Notes: a model not told the origin generated them from the sequence alone. DNA of 48,108 nucleotides from Nemertoderma westbladi (GCA_032718475.1 JAUCBJ010005447.1:1-48108); one strand, 5' to 3'; shown: positions 22,126 through 35,110, counted from the stretch's first letter. Program-made: numbers and translations.

Positions 22126-24664
22126 ATGGCGAGCAAATTAATCAGAAAGAGAAAGGCGGAGTCAGGAGGAAAGGAGATACTGGTGGATTTCACCGAGAGG
22201 CATCCGGAAGAGAAGACGAGAGGATACTACGAGAGGTTGGAAAGGGGTCACGCGGCGCGAGCGCTGCAGGATCACTTCAGGGAGATGCACGAACAGTGGC
22301 TGGTCGGGACCTACGGGACGCCGTCGCTGGACAACGCGATCTTCCAACACTTCCACTACGTGGTGAAAGGGGACGAGGCGAAGTTCGGGATTCCGAAGTA
22401 CCCGAGGGAATCACCGAGGAAGGACTGGAAGAGATTCATAGAGTCCGTCAACAGAGGAGGATATATGATCCTAGACGACGAGGGAACCGTGGAAGACGAG
22501 GCGGGTTCGAGACGAGGATCGGCGGGGTCGGCCAGGACCATACTCCTACATTTGGCCGCGCCAAATGGGGACATCTTCTTATTCGATCTAGGAACGTATG
22601 GGAAGAAGGACGGGCCGAAATTAAACCGGTTACCGAAAGCGGTACAAGTCTTGGTAAGAGAGAAGTCGACGACGAAAGTGGGATCGGCGATTCGCGAGGA
22701 TGCGGAGAGAATCATCGGTCCGGACGCCACCAACCTCCTGGATATGCAGAAGGTCTTTATGGCTGTGATGGCACCGGATGGGTTGGGGGTAGTCGAAAAC
22801 ACAGGCCAATGCGGGGCGGTGACAATGGGCCAGCTATTGGGGCTCGTATGCCACAAACCGATGGATTGGGGGAAGTTCAGGGAAGAATACGGAGCAGAAC
22901 TAGCGAACTCGCTAAAGTGGGGAGCGAGACCGGGAAAGCAGGAAGTATATCAGTTCCGCAGGGGAGCGATAAAGGTATATCAGAAGCGATATATCCTGCA
23001 GGAGGACTGGATGGTGATAAGTTTGCTTAACTTATTCATGACTGTGGTTATCGAGAGGGAACCAGGGGCATTTCTGTTATCGGGATCTAAGCTACAGGAG
23101 AGCCTTTAAAGTGGCCTTCGACGGTCTGGTAGACCACCCGGGGCTGAAGGGCGAGTCGGTGTACTACAACAGCCGGCATCTGGTAGACGGGGAGACAGAT
23201 ACACCGTATCAGAGATGGGAGCAGCTAGAGACGGATAGACGAGAAGCAAAGCGACTGGAAGAAGTCGCTAGACGGGAGAGGATAGAAGCAGAGGAGAGGG
23301 AAGAGGAGGCCAGGACGCAGAGTTACGGCTTCGAGGAACAGGCAGGCTTAGACGAACTTCATTGGACTTCATCAGGGAGTTCGGGGGAGTCTCTAGGGCG
23401 AGAATTGGGATGGACGGTGGGATCGCCGAAACAGTCGACGTCGGGGTTGCAAACGATGCCCATACCAGCGGGCGCCGAAGGCGACCAACCGCCAAGGAAG
23501 TTAAGGGAGTTAGAGGGATGGAGAGCTACGGGCGAGAGCCAAGACGGGAAGGGACATAGTGGATCCATCGGGATACCGGGGTTGGAGTCACTGCCAGAGG
23601 AGGACGACGACGACGAGTTCGGAGAGATGCCGCCCATCGAGAGGATAGGCCACTCGGACACGGACTGGGTTGGCGGAAGGGTGGTGACGGCCAGTGGGGC
23701 GAGGGCCTTCTGGAACAGATCCGGCAAGCGGACCTGGGTGCACGAGGAGTCGGCGATGGATTTCGCGGGGAGCACTATCAGGTTGGGCGAGCAACCGGGG
23801 ACGGCACCACGGATAGTATTCGGGGAGACAATGCCCGAGAGGGGCGGAGAGATCGACGTAGATAGAGACACCAACGTGGAGAAGTTCGCCTACCAGCGAC
23901 TCCACAGACCGCGGAGATCGCTTGGGACGAAAGACGAGGTGGGACGGGAGACATTGGTACTCGGCTGCGACTACTGTGGGAGACAGACCCACCAGGAAAG
24001 GAGCTGCTTGTACCGGTTCCAGAAGGGAACCTTTTGTTTCTACTGCCGAGAGCCAAGCCACAGGATGGGGGCGTGTCCACGGTTGCATAACCGATGTCCA
24101 AAGTGCCACTTTCGGGGACACTACGGACGCGAGTGCGACTGGATGAACGACGAGGAGAAGTTCACAAGATTCGAGGAGTGGGCCGACGTCGGGGCCATGA
24201 CGCGCCAGTGCATGAAGGCCCAGGAGTTCAAGTGGGGTTTCTTCCTTATCAATCAGGAGACTCACATGGAAATCAAAAAGCGGAGGCTACCGTTTACCTA
24301 CCAAGAGGTAGCAACGGCGGCGTCGTACGCCGGAGTGATGAACACGCAAAGATATTTGGACAGGTGGACACCACAGAACCGAAGGGAGTTTAGGGATTTC
24401 TTGGCGGAACACGTACCACAAGCAATGAAGATGATCCTATGGGACGCCACCAGAGGGAGACAACCGGGCCACTCTGAGGGGCCACCGGCGAAGCGATATC
24501 GGGCACTAATAACACCAGCGCCCAAGGAGCCAACGACCGGGATCAGCAGGGAGGTGGCGGCGAAGGTCCGAAAGCAGAAAGCGGATCCCAGAGGAACGGT
24601 GGTAACCAAGAAACGACCCAGGGAAGAGGACGCCAGGGGGAACTATCCCCAGAGGAACAGATAG
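22126..24664 (+). CDS. Extra ORF: DEDDy-like 3'-5' exonuclease plus three CCHC zinc knuckles (frameshift at ~23087)
   Basis: ILDDEG; LLHLAAPNGDIFLFDL; LPKAVQVLV..TKVGSAIREDA; LLDMQ; W..RP..YQKRYILQED. Knuckles CDYCGRQTHQERSC, CFYCREPSHRMGAC, CPKCHFRGHYGREC. The second copy reads through the frameshift. Confidence 0.72.
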
Positions 24665-25369
24665 GTTCCCAGAGCCGAGGGAGAGAGACTGAGACTTGGA
24701 CTTGGTGCGCCTGGAAGGCGCCGCGTGGGACGTACGAACTATTAAGTACAAATTTAATTAATGCAAATAATCATATAAGTGCAATTTGTATGTACGTACG
24801 TAGTAATTAGTAATCTACGAATATATACGCTCGAAGTAAGTACTATAGTCATACAACCTTTCTCAATTAGCTACTGGGACTGGGGGGTAAACTGACTATG
24901 GCACTATGGACGAGACACCAGACAATTTCACACTTCTTGAGTGCGACGGCACAAGAGGGGGGGAGATTCGTCAGAAGGGATGAGGTAGTCAGAGTGGGGT
25001 TGAGGGACGGAGTAGTAGGTGTGAAGTGCGGAGAGAATGCGGACGCAATTCTAGTGTGGGGGGGGGGGGAGAATAAGAGGCTGAGTGAGGGACGAGGAGG
25101 TCCGAGTGTATGAGAGAGTTAGGATGAGAGTGAAGAAGAGATAGGGCGGAAGTGTTGGGGAAACAAAAGTTGCGTGAGAGGTGAGCGCGATCGGCCCGAC
25201 ATGAGACGCCAAGCACACAGGGTAGCGTTATCATACCCATAGGGAGCGGCCTGGAAAGCCGGCTCCGAGAGAAAATAATTCCACCCCACACCCGATACTA
25301 GATCGGGATCCAGCGGGATTGTAGCGGACTTTTTTGGTTGATGCTATCTTCTTACTGGGAAGATAGCAT

Positions 25370-25378
25370 GGGGGGGAG
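25370..25378 (+). promoter_or_regulatory. Polypurine tract
   Basis: GGGGGGGAG directly abuts the TG start of the 3' LTR. Confidence 0.85.
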
Positions 25379-25925
25379 TGTTAGCTTATTCAATCCCACT
25401 AAACCCCATAAAGTTAAGCCGATAAGCAATATTGGGAGCCAGGAGATTGGGTAATTAACCAACTCGTGCCATCCCAATGAGAATGGGAAGGAGAAGCACA
25501 CAATGAGGGTCAGGGGCCAAACCCCTAACCCAGAGAGAACAGGTGGAGTGAACGGGAACACTCCAAAGGGCGCCAACAAGGGTATCAACCAATCAGAGGG
25601 GGGAAAGGCATCGATTAGGTAGAGTAACAAGGCCAACCGTGCAATATAGCCACTTGGCAGTAATCATATCAATTCAGTTATCTCAGTGCAATATTGGTGC
25701 TAGTTTAGGTTAGATAGTTTAGCTAGGGAAGGACCGGGACTTTAGTTACCGTATCCCGCCTTCCGTATACAACAACCATATTATCTCATATCTATACCTA
25801 TATCTATATCTGTATACCCAAATATTATATACGACGAACAGCACAAACTCATTTACTCTTTATACACGGCGGGGACGCGTGAACTAACATCGGATAAACC
25901 GGGATCCCTCTTGGATCCCGTCACA
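25379..25925 (+). repeat. 3' LTR (547 bp)
   Basis: Direct repeat of 11377-11924, followed by TSD GTCAG. Confidence 0.95.
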
Positions 25926-28879
25926 GTCAGGAATAATATGATGAAGGGGGAATGTTAGTCGGAGATTGCAATCAAGAAAGTTGTTGCGTTCCCCGACTTT
26001 GCTGTTGGTGGCAACCCCACCAGCAGAATGAAGAGGAAGGCTGCCAGTGACGTCAAGGAGGTCCTTCGTCTTGGTTCTGCCACCGGGGAGTGCCACTATG
26101 GCGATGTTGGGGGCCTAACTGTCTACTGGGTTATGGTCCCCGACGTACATTCCCACGCCGCCCAATTAGTCGGTGATGCGGCCCGTCCATTCCAGCGGAC
26201 TACGGATGATGTCATGGCCTACATGAAGTCGCAAGTTGCTGCTGGGTTTTACTCCATTCCCGCACTACGCCGAGCCAACGAGGTCTTCGTGGAGGGAATG
26301 GTGTCGGACACGCGTCTTGCAGAGATGCCAGACTTGAGCTCTAGGCGGTTGGTATTGTTGGTGGCAGGTGGCAGGCCTATCGTTATTGTTTGAAGTATAC
26401 CTATATGTATATATATTTTATTTAGTTTTACCAACGTTATTTGGTAGTCAAACAAATGATAATTTGTATACAGGTAGTGATAGAGAGTTGAGACGATAAA
26501 AATACACTATAGTAATTTAGACAGAGCTGATTACGCTGATCACAAAAATTTATTTCCGTTATTAAATTGACATACCTTTTAGCTATTATTTAATTTTATA
26601 GTTTTTCATATTATTTTTTATGGTTTATTAGTTATAGTTATATATATATTATGTGTAATGTCCTTTAATTGCTTAATTAATAAATTGGTTAATTTTTCAG
26701 TCTGTAAAATTTACTTTATATTATGCTTTTACAGGTACTTCATGACACCTAAGGACCTCAGCAACATGGTCCAAAGGCATCGGCGAGACGTCGGGACCCC
26801 GAGTACGGAGGCTCACGATGTCGCCCAGTTGGCGAGTTTGGTGGACCACTACCGGAATCAGGGCTGCTTCGTGCAGGTCCGGTACCCGGCGGATGGCCAG
26901 CATCTCGCCATGGCAGTAGTTCCGCGTCAGGGAGTCCAGTTGTTGCATCGCTACGGCGACATGTGCGTACTGCTTGACGGGACGTACAAGACAACCAGGT
27001 TCAACCTGACGCTGAATTTGCTGGTTGTGAAGGGCAACGTCATGTACGTGCCTGTTGCCCTTCTCCTGGTCGACGGGGACGGCGAAGAGCCGTTGTCTTT
27101 GTGCCTGCGTTGGGTCCGTGAGTGGACGGGAGTGGTTCCTAGAGGAGGAATGACTGAAGTCTAAGACACTGTAGAGTGTAGGCTAGGGCCTACATTATGA
27201 TATGCATCAAAGGCAAAGCTGTTCTCCAAAATGTAGGGCTTGCTTTGGGGGACATACTGTACACTATATCTGTATCTGGTATCCCTTGGACGAACACCAC
27301 TCGCTACGTTCTCCCAACATCAAACACAGCGCAGGGATGGACGTTGTTGTTTGTTTACATGTTACGGGTATCTATTCTATCAAATGTTGAAGTGAAAGCC
27401 GTTTCGGGAGATTATCACTACTACTTGACACATCCGAGGATTCGGAATATTAGGATTCATGGGAATCACTGGCCTCGTCGTCTGTTATGTCGTAACCATA
27501 CTAGTTTAGGGACATACGTTGCCTCTTTGGGATATGGTTCCGTTGCCTCTTTGGGATATGGTTCCATCATAAATTATAATGTACGCTAAATGAGGGGGGG
27601 GGGGGGGGGGGGGTGGTCTAATTATAAAATATAATCAAATATATAAAATATGCCCGCACGAAAGGGTTAAAAAGCATAATTGCTCTCGTTCTGTATATCT
27701 GATCACCAATTATACATCTTACAACATTCCACCTGTTCTGAACAAATTCATATATTATCCTTCAGAGTGCTAAACCAGATGGTTTATGAGTATATTCAAC
27801 GCACTTTTCGTATTCATTAAAACACTCCTTGCGCTCTTCCTGTACATCTTGTCATCAAAATATATAGCTTACAACATTCCACTCCCAGTTTTGAACAAAA
27901 TGATAACTCTTTCAATATGCTACTGTATATCAGGCGGTTTAGGGTTATATATAGTAAACGCAGTACTCGTCTTCATTAAAAGCCTCGTTGCGCTCGTCCT
28001 GTTTTGACTGAGAGTATTTTTCACAAACTTACACTTACGACCTTTATAACTATGTAAATTCTCGAAACTGCGCGTGGAACTGCTGATTTATGGCAGATGG
28101 ACATATACTGTACAATATATACAGTAGTTCATACCAAGCTTTTGAGAAAATACCGACAGCGTTACATATACGGCAGGTTGGCTAGAAATAGCTGCATTGA
28201 AATGGAAACTCTAACCATAATATTCTGCGTAAAGTGAATTTTAATACGACAGATTTCGATAATTATTGACGCCGACTATGCCGTAAGACTATGACTATAT
28301 AACTAAATATAATACTTTATCAGAAGACAGTCTGTAAGTAAGCAATAAGTCTGTGATGTGCAACTGCAAGCCTATTTAATCCCAGCTGTTTATGTTATTA
28401 TTTATACCGTTGTCTTGACAGTGCATCTTAGCAACTAAGCGCCTCCTGTAATTGTATTGGCTGTTACTGCTTTCTACCTTACCCTCAGCTTATGTCGAGT
28501 CTGTGGAGTGAATTTAGCATCACCCGATGGCAACAAATAGTCACCGATAGGTTGGCCTACACAAACGAACAGGTACAGACAGTACTTACTCCTGCAGCTG
28601 TCATAATCAATGGTATACCATTGGAGCAAGTATTAATTTATTTATGGTCAAACACTTCAGCAATAGAATAATGCAAATTAAACGTGGGTTCCCAACTATT
28701 GAGTTCTATAATTTAATATTTTCCTTTTAGTCAATAAAATTAAATGAATAACAATAAAAATAGAGAGTATACATATAGATAATCCTAAAACAATGTTGTA
28801 AAATAAATCATAAATGAAATTACATTTCATAACATGGCATAAAATAAATGGGTTTAATGGCAATATGGTTCGTTTGTGG

Positions 28880-29260
28880 GGGAATCTCATTAATCGCGAT
28901 TGCTGCAAAGCTATACAATAAAATTATATTAAATGGCATCAGGGATCCCATTGAGAGACTGCTCTGTGGACATCAAAATGGGTTCTGTAAAAGGTGTGGG
29001 TCCATGGAACCGATTTTGACACATTTTGACGAAGGGTAATTGAAGAGTTATCAAAAAAGAAAGACAGGCATATCTGGCTGTTATCTTTGTTGACTTCTTC
29101 AAGGCCTTTGATTCAGTCTCTCGCTCACATACGTTCAGCATACTTTCATTATATGGGAATCCTGATTAAATTATTGCAGCAATCAGATCAGTATATGATG
29201 GTTTGACAACATTTATCTCTACTGTTGATGGAGACACAGAACCATTCAAAGTGTTAAGAT
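28880..29260 (+). pseudogene. Degenerate non-LTR (RTE-like) reverse transcriptase fragment
   Basis: SLIAIAAKLYNKIILN..HQNGF and IFVDFFKAFDSV motifs, with stops and frameshifts. Confidence 0.75.
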
Positions 29261-29299
29261 GCAGTTATGTATGCAATTGAATCATGGGGGCACGAATTA

Positions 29300-29960
29300 G
29301 ACAATAATAATTATATTGCTGTTGGAGTCCTTGACCTCTCTAAGGAATTCAACACTCTTGAACACAATACTTTTAAAAAAGCTGCAAGAAATAGGATTCA
29401 AATCAAATGCAACAATCCTAATTAAAAGTTACTTAAGTGATCGATCTCCAGCCATAAAGTTACAAACAATAATATGAAAATGGGCAACAGGGATATACCA
29501 TGGGAACAAAACAGGGACCGTTATTCTTTACAATTTATGTACATGATATTGTAGACAAACTCAACTTAGAAACCTTACAATATGCAGATGATACACTTCA
29601 AATACTGTTCAGATAAAAATCCAGCAATTGCTATAAAAATACTAAATGATCAAATAATTAACATTAGGAAGCTATTTGGGACATTATGCATGCAACTTAA
29701 TACATAAAAAAAACTTAGATTATTTAGACAAAAGACCTTATATTTATTAGAACTTATATTATTATCACCCCATAGAACCACTGATATTAACAATTATAAC
29801 TGCATAATAACTCATTACTGCATAATAAAATAATTACACAATCAACAGAAATCAAATATTTAAGCATAACTATAGATAATAAGATGTCATAGTCATGGAA
29901 AACTCAAATACATGAAACAGCACATAAAATGTCAGCTGATACATCAGTAATCCGACAAAT
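29300..29960 (+). pseudogene. Degenerate CR1/L2-like reverse transcriptase fragment
   Basis: LDLSKEFNTLEH, IKSYLSDR, FTIYVHD and QYADDT remnants. Confidence 0.7.
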
Positions 29961-30924
29961 AAAAGGCCAATTACCAAGAACCACCGCTGTATAAAACCCT
30001 AGTACTTACTACCCTATCACAATTACTGTAGTACACTATGTACATAATTCCATGATAGGCATAGTTATAAAAAAATACTATATAAATTGGAGAAAATACA
30101 AAATACCTTAATATCAGTCGTATTGCGACTGATATTTCACAAAAAGATAGAAGATAAATAATCGGAACACAACTCCAGTCAACACAACACAACAGTCTGA
30201 GAGAAAGTAATACCAGCCCCTACATGTCATTATTATTAACCTATAAAACATTTGAACGGCCCAGTGCTTAATATTCAATCAGCTCGCCTCCTACCTAACA
30301 CAGCAGTGAGTAACATTATGGTTATGGATATTGATATTCCTGTGGGATTCACTGGGAAGAGCTATTCAGCTGACGGGTAATAATACATTGCAAACTATCA
30401 ATACTTATTGCCCGGTTATCAAGTTATTTTCCCGTATATTTTACCCGAGGGCAGGAATAACCCGAGGGCGCAGCCCGAGGGTTTCCTGCCCGAGGGTAAA
30501 ATATATTTTGTAAACTGGATCAAAATAGTGATAAAGTGCCCCGCCCTATCTAAATAGGACATTTGGAGCCTAGTCAGCCAGGATCTGAAATATTTCTTAA
30601 GTTTCCCGACACATTCACGGGTAATTATTTAAAAGTTTCATGATTTAAAGAAGACTATGTAACATCGGTGTTTATTGTTCTTAGATAGGACGCAGTTTCA
30701 CAGAGATTTGAGCTCATTGAGGATACATTCGAGAATATTCACTAACTCGCTACTGTATGCTCGTTCTTGTGAATGCCTGCACTTGACCCCTGTGTGACAG
30801 AGACAGAAACACTTTAGGGCCTACTTTATATCGAATACAGAAAAACTAATAATATATTAGGACTTCATATTGGTGCATGCGGAACCATTTATAGTAGACA
30901 TATTAATATCAAGGAAACTCATTG

Positions 30925-31035
30925 TGTAGTGGCTTAACAGTTTAATTAAATCAGAGCCTTGAACTCGGGTCTCTGACTCCAGATGTTTGTGGGTTCGAGT
31001 CCAGGAAGGTGGCCAGGGAAATTTTCATTCCGGAC
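30925..31035 (+). mobile_element. tRNA-derived SINE-like head (mirror copy at ~35980-36090, minus strand)
   Basis: TAGTGG box-A-like motif and GGTTCGAGTCC box B. The downstream GGCCAGGG.A.TTTTC is shared with 37602-37690. Confidence 0.45.
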
Positions 31036-31577
31036 TCACATAAATCTCCGTTAGGCCTATATATAAAAAAGACTGATTCCGTGTTACATTACCGTAATCA
31101 TTAGCATACTGTAGTTACAAAACAACAGTTTTATTTAAAGCCAGCTATATTATTATTCAAATAAAATCAATATTCATTTCCGTAAGACTGCGTCCAACTT
31201 ACATATTAAACATAAAGACAGAAAAGAGCACGAAATATGTAATGTACAGTAGGGCCTACCTACTGTACAAGCCCGCACAGCATTCTTAAAAATGCAGCTG
31301 CAATGCAGCATGCCGATCCTAGTAGTAGTACCTACTGTAGCCTGCTGTACAGACTTGTATCGTTACCACCAGTCCACAGCTTCAGAGCTTCGCAGCTTTA
31401 TCCCTCAGGAAGTCGGACAGCAATTAAGTGATGAACAAATCGTACAGTACCACACACAGGTACCAGTAAAGCCTATACCATGCCAGGCAGCTTGGTCTGG
31501 TGGTCAGCCCACTGCCTGGCTACAGGCAGCGTACCGTAACGGTCTGGTACTTTCAATTTCAGACAATGGATAATGAT

Positions 31578-34500
31578 CATAGCGACCTTTAATAAAGGCC
31601 TGGCAGGCGTGCACAACTGGCCACTGACTGGAGGCTGAACATTTGTATGACGATTATTGTTGTTTTTCGACTTTTACCGTTATCTAAATGTAGCGAATTT
31701 TAAATATAGAACAGGCAAACTCTTAAAAATACATATTTTACAACGAAACGTACAGTAGTGGCCAAAATAATTAGCCCAGACAGCAATAATATGACTAAAT
31801 AGTTAAAAAAAACGAATTGTTAATGTTACGGATGTTGGCTCAAGAAATCGATTTCTGTTTTTTTCATTAGGTTTTGTGCAGAATTCTTCAAAGAATCCGA
31901 TTGTTCAGATCTTTTTTCGTTTTGGATATATCGTTCGATATGTATTCCCAGCACTTTTCATCCTAGTTGACGAAATTTTGAAATTTTCGCATCGCCAATA
32001 GTTGGTCAAATGAATGTAATTTCCAGGTCTCTGAGGTTATTTGAGGTGGTGATTCGATCTGTAACATTTTCAAGTCATTTCGGATCTATGGTTACATGTT
32101 TTTTTCACTACCAGCACTTTTCAGTAAAAAATTATGCACAGATTATTAAAATATTATGTATACAGTATATATACCGGTATTATTAAAATATTGTAACATC
32201 ACACGTCCGCTCCACCAGTAGTGCTAAGTTTTATCACTTTTTGTTTTGCTTCCTTTGACGAACGCGGGGTGTTCAAGTGACAGACATTATTTAAAAATAT
32301 ATTTGCTAGAATCCTAGCGTTCATCTCACTAACTTCAAAGTTGTACTTGCTTCCAAGATCTAAAAATAATTCTGATAGTGATTTACGGCAAAACAATGAA
32401 CAAGTACTTGAAAAAATATGAAGCAGTATATGGTAAACTGGGACATGTTATCATTAGGCTTTCGCAGACCGCCACGGTCTAGTCGATTCAGATAGGTTCC
32501 ATAACTATTGTAGTAATGAAATGTGCCATCTGCTGTCTCAGCATCTTTACGAGATTCATAGCCAGCTATGTATATAAGAGCCATTAAATTTTCTTTGGAT
32601 ACATACTCTTCCAAATCGCCGACGCCGATATTATCCAACACTTCACAATCGTAATCCGAAAGATTAATATTGCACATGTCACACTCGTGGTGGAATGTAG
32701 GTCGAATTTCTTCATCAGATAACTGCAATAATAATTTTGTAGTCAGTATGGTTAGTCTCTCCAATCCTTGTTGACAACTTATGAAATAGTTACTCCCGGA
32801 TCCTTGACGTAAAATTCCGTACGACTTTTCGATTGGATCGCTGTTAATATCACCAAACTTCACATACTCAGCACCCGATTCCAGAAGCTTTACAGCGAAA
32901 TCAACCAAGCCACGACAAGTGTGAGCCAGTGAAACCGCAGTGTCTTCAGTTAGTTGCTGGTTACGTGGGTTTCTAGCCGATGATTTGCCAGTATGTTTCA
33001 TATTGTCGGCCATGTCAGCAATATCCAGTAGTACCTGGAGCCGGTCATCATTCTTATCTCGAACAACAGCATGGTCATCGTCTCTAAATCTAATGTCTGC
33101 CCCTACACCTCGGACATTTATAATTTTCCAAAACTGGATGAATATTTTAAGAAATTCTATAGTCCCTTTAACTTTCATTTGGTCTATACGAGGGTGCGAT
33201 TGCAGAGCGGAAACAGTCTCATCACAGAACACCCTTAAGCACGTGCTCACACGTTGGCGCTCTACTGGCTTCGGCTTGACAGAAACTTCGTTTAGTCGTG
33301 AAAGTTTAACCAAAGATGTCGCCTCTAGTGAGTAAAGGTCCACCAGGTCAGACCATCTGGCAACCATTTCAAGGCCATTGTAGTTATACTTCAGTGACCC
33401 ACAGGATTCTGTGAGCCAGTTATTTCTTACAGATTTCAGTAAATGGATGGGATCAAATAATAAAAACATAGCACCATCCATGGTTAACCACGGTTTGTCA
33501 ACTTGGCGAGGAAATAGACGGAAAAACTTCTGGTTGACTTTGTTACCATCAACAATAACACATTTCGGGACCCCGTGCACTTCTTTTATAGCGGTCAAAG
33601 TGAGTTCACACTGACTATATTGAAACTCAGCGTCCAGTTTGGTGACAGGCAACAGTTTATAAAGAAAGGTGGGCCTGCCAAATAGACATTTCACTTGGAA
33701 TCCCAACATCGCTGTTGCTAGTTTTTTTGATGTGGTTTAATGCATAACCAAACACTTTACCACCATGGAAAGTAAGGGCCGCTTTGACAATAAATTCGTC
33801 GACTATAATTATGCATTGTCGTTGCCGCTCCTCTAAGCCGCTCAAAACATTACGTATAACAGTATTGTCATCATATTTATCTACAGCTGATGTCAATGAT
33901 CTCAATGTTCTCTCGCTCGGTAACTGATAGTCTAAACTGAGTTTCTTATATACCGCACGAGAAGTTGCATAATAATCGAATGCTCTAACTATTGCAGACA
34001 TAGAATAGAGTTTCTCAGTCGGCCATGATTTTCCCATAGTAGAAACATGATCTAATATGATTGCCTTCTTGGAATCAATATCAATATGACAGAGACAGCG
34101 CAGTAGCTCCTCCAGTGACGACCATTTAGAGAGCTTGGTCACTCTCAGTTTAGCCAATGTTGCAATCGTGCATGAAATTCCACAGTGGTATGTCTCGAAG
34201 GAAAGATCAAAATGCAACTTAACTAAACATTGTGGGATTCCTTGAATGAATTGAGAGGACTGAATGAATTTACTGCCACCAAGTCCACCAAACACCACAA
34301 ATGAAAAAGGGAGTGAAGGAAATTTTTTCTTCAGGGAATCAGTATTAATCTCACTTACGTTCATAGAATCCAACTGGTTAAATATTGCAAGTTCATCTTC
34401 CATAACATTCCGAGATGATGGCGCAGCTCGTTTGGTGGCTCTCGGTTTTGGAGGTGGGGTAGGAATTAAACTCGGTTTTAAACCTGGCCACACACTTGGT

Positions 34501-35110
34501 GGATCCGCTGGACGATCTTTACCCCTTACCTGAACCATCTGACAATCTGAAGGCCAATGCAAAGCGCAGACGGCGGTGTATTTAGTATCCGGTGTGTTCT
34601 CTCGGGGGATAACAGCAAGCCACTCGTTCCGTTGTTCGAGGTTGTGTGGCAACCTATACATCGGTATTTTAAGTGTGATGCTTCCAGCAGCCTCCTGTCT
34701 CTCTTGAGTGACCTCGTCATAGCCAGTCCGGCATTTAGGAACGCAACACTTCAAAGGCATAGCCTAGGTACTTCAAACTACCTGCATAGGCCGTAGGCTA
34801 AAGTAGGCCTACTACAGTACTATCTTAGGGCACTCTACCGCCTACCGGTTGGCGGTAGCGGTAGGCTGTCGCCGTAGCTATGGTCAGACGGTACCGGTAC
34901 ATTGACTGTGCTGTGCTTGGGAGGCTTCTACAAGCTTGTCTATAACATTTCTACCAGTCTACAGTCACTACAGTCTACAATGGAAGTTGACAGTAGGCCT
35001 TCTACAGTTCTAACAGTCCAACTACGAACTACTGCAGTACTGCAAAATTTCAGCCTCCAGTCAGCAGCCAGTAGTGCACGCCTGCCAGGCCTTTATTAAA
35101 GGTCGCTATG
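31578..35110 (-). mobile_element. P-superfamily DNA transposon
   Basis: 37-bp perfect TIR CATAGCGACCTTTAATAAAGGCCTGGCAGGCGTGCAC (extends to ~65 bp imperfect). 8-bp TSD ATAATGAT at 31570-31577 and 35111-35118. Confidence 0.95.
32199..34760 (-). CDS. THAP-domain P-element transposase (THAP9-like) with two frameshifts
   Basis: THAP: KCCVPKC..P..W..VCALHW..P. Core motifs IIVDE, DGNKVN, FDPIHLLKSVRNNW, ERQRVS, SDPIEKSYG. Frame breaks at ~33725 and ~32410 lie in or next to homopolymers. Confidence 0.9.

Larger units (their letters stand above)
11377..25925 (+). mobile_element. Full-length BEL/Pao LTR retrotransposon with an extra 3' ORF
   Basis: Two near-identical TG..CA LTRs, 5-bp TSD GTCAG (11372-11376, 25926-25930), polypurine tract, and Gag-PR-RT-RH-IN order with Pao-type motifs. 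Confidence 0.97.
10760..27160 (+). pseudogene. Spliced CARF-like/MULE (Mutator) transposase pseudogene split by the BEL insertion. Exons ~10760-10943, 11366-11376+25931-26347, 26735-~27160.
   Basis: Removing the LTR element and the GT-AG introns 10944-11365 and 26348-26734 gives one frame: GIPFVSVARQRRFCIFAKD..MKGEC*SEIAIKKVVAFPDF..SSRRYFMTPKDLSNMV..LLHRYGDMCVLLDGTYKTTRFNLTLNLLVVK. The last part matches the MULE DATYKT motif. One in-frame TAG; 3' truncated. Confidence 0.75.

Noticed and set aside
22117-24664. env gene
   Set aside because: No signal peptide, transmembrane segment or fusion-protein pattern seen. The protein is hydrophilic with nuclease and knuckle motifs.
27650-27670. piggyBac-like right end (CCCGCACGAAAGGG-TTAA)
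   Set aside because: No matching left end found in the window, so no element can be delimited.
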